Source: Octopus vulgaris
Taxonomy: Eukaryota
Assembly (NCBI GenBank): GCA_951406725.2
Contig: OX597824.1
Location: 81,282,001-81,346,000, forward strand
Length of the DNA: 64,000 nt
Reading direction: 5' to 3'
Position numbers and translations under genes: made by a program. Of this stretch, positions 59,732 through 64,000 are shown piece after piece. The notes under the pieces are model-generated. The model had not been told where the DNA came from, did not search any database, and saw only the letters and a program-made list of their open reading frames with translations. Every line of letters starts with the position of its first letter. Positions within the stretch are counted from its first letter, which is position 1.

Positions 59732-60111
59732 GGTATATATAAATAAATACAAAATGGCTGACGGTTAGTAAGGAGAGACACAAATAAGTAAGAAGAAAAC
59801 AAAGGACCACTGATGCGGTCACAGGAGTGTGACGAAAGAACTCTGGCCGAAATAAGATTAAGATTAATGTAAAAAATAATTAACACTGAAGCAAAGTAAC
59901 ACCAAATATATAGTGCGTGTGTTTTTATTGGCTAAACTGGCAAAATGACCATTCCTAAATACAACAATATATGTATATACGTATATACATATGTATATAT
60001 GTATATATGTATATACATATGTATATCTATATATATATATATATATGTATGTGTATATACATATGTATATATATAGATATATATGCATATATATATATGT
60101 ATATATATGCT

Positions 60112-60212
60112 TCCAAAGAATAAGACCTGAGGGCGATTTGCTCGATTAAAGGTGGTGCTCTAGCATGGCCGCAGTCAAATGACTGAAACAAGTAAAAGGG
60201 TAAAAGAGTAAA
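60112..60212 (+). mobile_element. SINE family C tail
   Basis: gatttgctcgattaaaggtggtgctctagcatggccgcagtcaaatgactgaaacaagtaaaag. Confidence 0.85.
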
Positions 60213-60871
60213 CTTTTGTGTTTTCATTTTTAAGGGAATCTGTTTTTAGACATATCATGCGCATATGCGTGGAAAGTACAGGATTATCGTATGCGGGTAG
60301 GTTCTATTGTTTTAGTGGTAATCTAGGATGTTAGAGATAGTTAGAATTAATGTGACGGCAATGCACGCTCACCAATGACTTTGATCAAGTGTGTTAGATG
60401 AGAAATTGAGCTCTACCCTACTACATAATGCTATACAATTTCGTGTTGGGACATATCAGCGTTCGATTAAATTGGCCTTAAATCTTGAAATCTTCGATTC
60501 TAAAAGGATGAAAGTCAAAGTTAACCTCGGCAGAACTTGAACTCAGATCGTAAACAACGGGGACAGATTCTGTGAGACAGTTTTTCCTATGATTTATCTA
60601 TCTTTTCTACCAATCAATTGTCCTTGTACAAACAACCATCTAAAGAAAGAAAAAAAACCACATTACACACACATACAGACATACACGCATATATGTATAC
60701 ACACATACACACACACACACACATATATAAATTGATAAAAATGGTAAGACCAGAAAAGAAAGAGACCTCGACATTATGTAACAAGTTATATATATATATA
60801 TATGCGTATACGTATATACATATGCATATAGATATATATGTAGACATATACATATGCGTATACATACATAC

Positions 60872-60942
<71 letters not shown>

Positions 60943-61099
60943 GATATATTTATATATATATGTGTGTATGTATGTAAGAGTATGCAAGTATATACGCATA
61001 TGGATGTCGGTACATATATAGATATAACTATATTTCTAGGTTTATCTATCTACTTATCTATCAAGTCATCTGTCCACAAGCACACACACATACACACAC

Positions 61100-61501
61100 A
61101 CTGATACATACACATATGTGTAGAGATAGGTAGATAGATTGTGCATATATATGTATATTTATGTATCAACGTATTTCTAATTATATATATATACTCTCTT
61201 CAAAGCCACCCACTTTCTGTCACCACACACTCGCACACGCACACACACACATACACATATATGTAGAGATAGGAAGATAGAGTGTGCATGTATATGTATA
61301 TTTATGTACCCAAGTATTTCTCATCATATATATCTATATATATATATACTGTATCATTGTCGCTTCACAGCCGCCATCTTTCTTTCACCACACATTCGCG
61401 CACACACGCACACACATACACACACACACACATATACATATATGTAGAGATACGTAGATATAGTGTGCATGTATATGTATATTTATGTACCCACGTATTT
61501 C

Positions 61502-61560
<59 letters not shown>

Positions 61561-61617
61561 TCTACCAGTCTCTCTTCGAAGCTGCCATCTTACTTTCATC
61601 ACTCACTCGCGAGCGCC

Positions 61618-61659
<42 letters not shown>

Positions 61660-61660
61660 T
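61100..61660. repeat. Three diverged tandem copies of a 150-180-bp microsatellite-containing unit
   Basis: tgtagagata.g.agatag..tgtgcat.tatatgtatatttatgta recurs near 61118, 61262 and 61443. Confidence 0.8.
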
Positions 61661-62227
61661 ACACACATAGTGTGTGATTAAATTTGAAAACTAAATTAGG
61701 CAGCCATTTTAGAATTTTCGATCATTCCCTATTGGTTTTCTGAGCCAATGTAGTCGTCGTTGTTCTCCTTTACTTTATCGTTGTTACCAAAGTTATTACT
61801 GTGCTTCATATTTATGTTGTTGATATTACTCTGTGTGTGTGTATGTGTTTATTGTTGCGGTTCACTTGTCTTTGCTTTATTTCAGCAGGTTTTATTGCCG
61901 TCGTTGTTGTTGCTGTCACTGCTCAAGATGTCCTCTACGCGTTGGATCCAAATGACGTCGATGGTTACGTCGTTCTAGAACAAGTAGCCGTTGTTGGCGC
62001 TGCTAGTGTTCCCGTTGTTGTTGCTGTGGTTGTTTTTGCAGTTGGGCGTGGTGGGGAATGAGGATTTAGTAGCTGATGGTGTTAAGTATGTTGTTAAATG
62101 ATACGTTGTAGTTAGTGGTGTAGTTAGTTGTGGTAATGTTGTAGTTAGTGATTTCATAACATTGGTGTTCTTATTGCTATTGTTATCTTTACTGTTGTAT
62201 TGGTACTAATACTAAGATAATAGTGTT

Positions 62228-62258
62228 TTTGTTGTTGTTGTTGTTGTTGATGATGATA

Positions 62259-62289
<31 letters not shown>

Positions 62290-62377
62290 CGACGACGACG
62301 ACGACGATGATGATGATGATGATGATGATGATGTAGATGATGATGATGATGATGATGACGATGAGGATGATGATGTA

Positions 62378-62409
<32 letters not shown>

Positions 62410-62422
62410 CGACGACGACGAC

Positions 62423-62459
<37 letters not shown>

Positions 62460-62837
62460 TAGATGAAGATGATGAGGATGATGGTGATGCTGTTGATAAC
62501 GATGACGATGATGACGTTGAGGCCAGTGAGATGATCATGATGATGATGATGATGATGTGGTGATGATCATGATGATAAGATGATGTCTTGCTGTTGAGGA
62601 TGGTGATAAATGATGATGATGATGATGATGGAAGATGACGATGATGATGACGTTGTAGATGATGACGATGATGACGACGATGATAATGATAATGATGACA
62701 AAGACAATGATGTTCTGCTGTTGATAATGATGATGGTGATGATAATAAAAGATGATGATGATGATGATGACGACGACGATAATGATGACGATGCAGTTGA
62801 TAATGATGATGATGTTGGTGAAAATTGATGATGCTAT

Positions 62838-62874
<37 letters not shown>

Positions 62875-62876
62875 AT
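62228..62876. repeat. (GAT)/(GAC) array
   Basis: Direct. Confidence 0.95.
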
Positions 62877-63571
62877 TGTAAGTTGTTGGTGGTATTAGTT
62901 GCATTTATATCATTGTTGCCGTTGTTCTTGTTATCGTTGAAACCGGTATTTATTTCTGCTGTTACATTTTATTAGTAATCCGTTGATGGTTATGATGACG
63001 CCATTTTGCAGCATTATTACTAATCGCATAAGCGCTAGTATAGGCACCAGCATCGATGCTGTCGACGATGAGGTCGGCGATAGCAGTACTACCACTGTTT
63101 GCAATTACCGGTGTTGGAGGTAGTGGCGGTACCGTTCTTATTCATTTCCATACAGGTAGTAAGGTAGTAGTAGTAGTAAGGGCAATACTGATACTGGTGT
63201 TGACACCGTCGTTGCAGCTGCTGATAGTGTTGCTCTCGTTCTATTTGTTCATGTTGTTGTTCTTGTTGTAACGCATTTACTATTCTTCCGATGTGGTTGC
63301 ATTCTAACACCTTCCGCCTTCCGCAACTTCGCAGTCAAATTGAATAATGTCAACATTATTGCATTTTCATTGAAAATGTTTACTAAAAACTGACAATGTG
63401 TACAACGGCTTTTCATCAAACTTAATTTAGCTTTGAAATTAATGAGGTCACAGGAGGTGTGGCACACATTTATACATTTAACAGCGGGTGTCAGTGGTTG
63501 TATATACATGTGTGGACATACACATACAACACACACAAACATGTATACATTTATTAGTACTGATGCAATTC

Positions 63572-63625
<54 letters not shown>

Positions 63626-63715
63626 ATGTGTGTATGTATACATATGAAATATTCACATAGATGTGTTACATATATATATTCATATATATATATATAATGC
63701 AGATTTGTGTATTTT

Positions 63716-63779
<64 letters not shown>

Positions 63780-64000
63780 TATAATTTTAATATAATATAA
63801 TATAAACGATATCCATGCTTGTGTATATGTACGTGTAAGTATGTGTGTACATCACGAGAAAATATGTGTGTATATGTGTAAATCCGTGCATGTATGTATC
63901 TGTCTCTCTCTCCTTCTGTGTATACATAGATGTGAACACACATATAAACATACACACACATATGTGAAAATATATATATGTATATTTATTTGTATGCCTC

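Overview
AT-rich, microsatellite-saturated eukaryotic non-coding DNA. The SINE families and repeat landscape strongly resemble an octopod cephalopod (Octopus sp.), but this is recognition from memory, not a search result. No intact host gene or convincing exon was found. Nearly all ORFs in the track are translations of (TA)n, (CA)n, (GATA)n, (TAA)n, (GTA)n or (GAT)n arrays. The window is a patchwork of four tRNA-derived SINE families (labelled A-D here), truncated LINEs (Dong/R4 with a REL endonuclease, RTE, CR1/L2-like, L1/Tx1-like, Penelope RT), mariner remnants, non-autonomous Helitrons, a hAT MITE, an 86-bp minisatellite and three fold-back elements. Main observations: (1) five type-I hammerhead ribozyme motifs sit in short non-coding modules embedded in (TA)n. 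One is fully canonical (49348-49392, minus strand) and two lie in a near-perfect 340-bp palindrome. (2) Retroelement classes sort by microsatellite type: Dong in (TAA)n, Tx1-like in (GATA)n, hammerhead modules in (TA)n. (3) A SINE is flanked by a 222-bp direct duplication. (4) One SINE family is concatemeric with a fixed junction.
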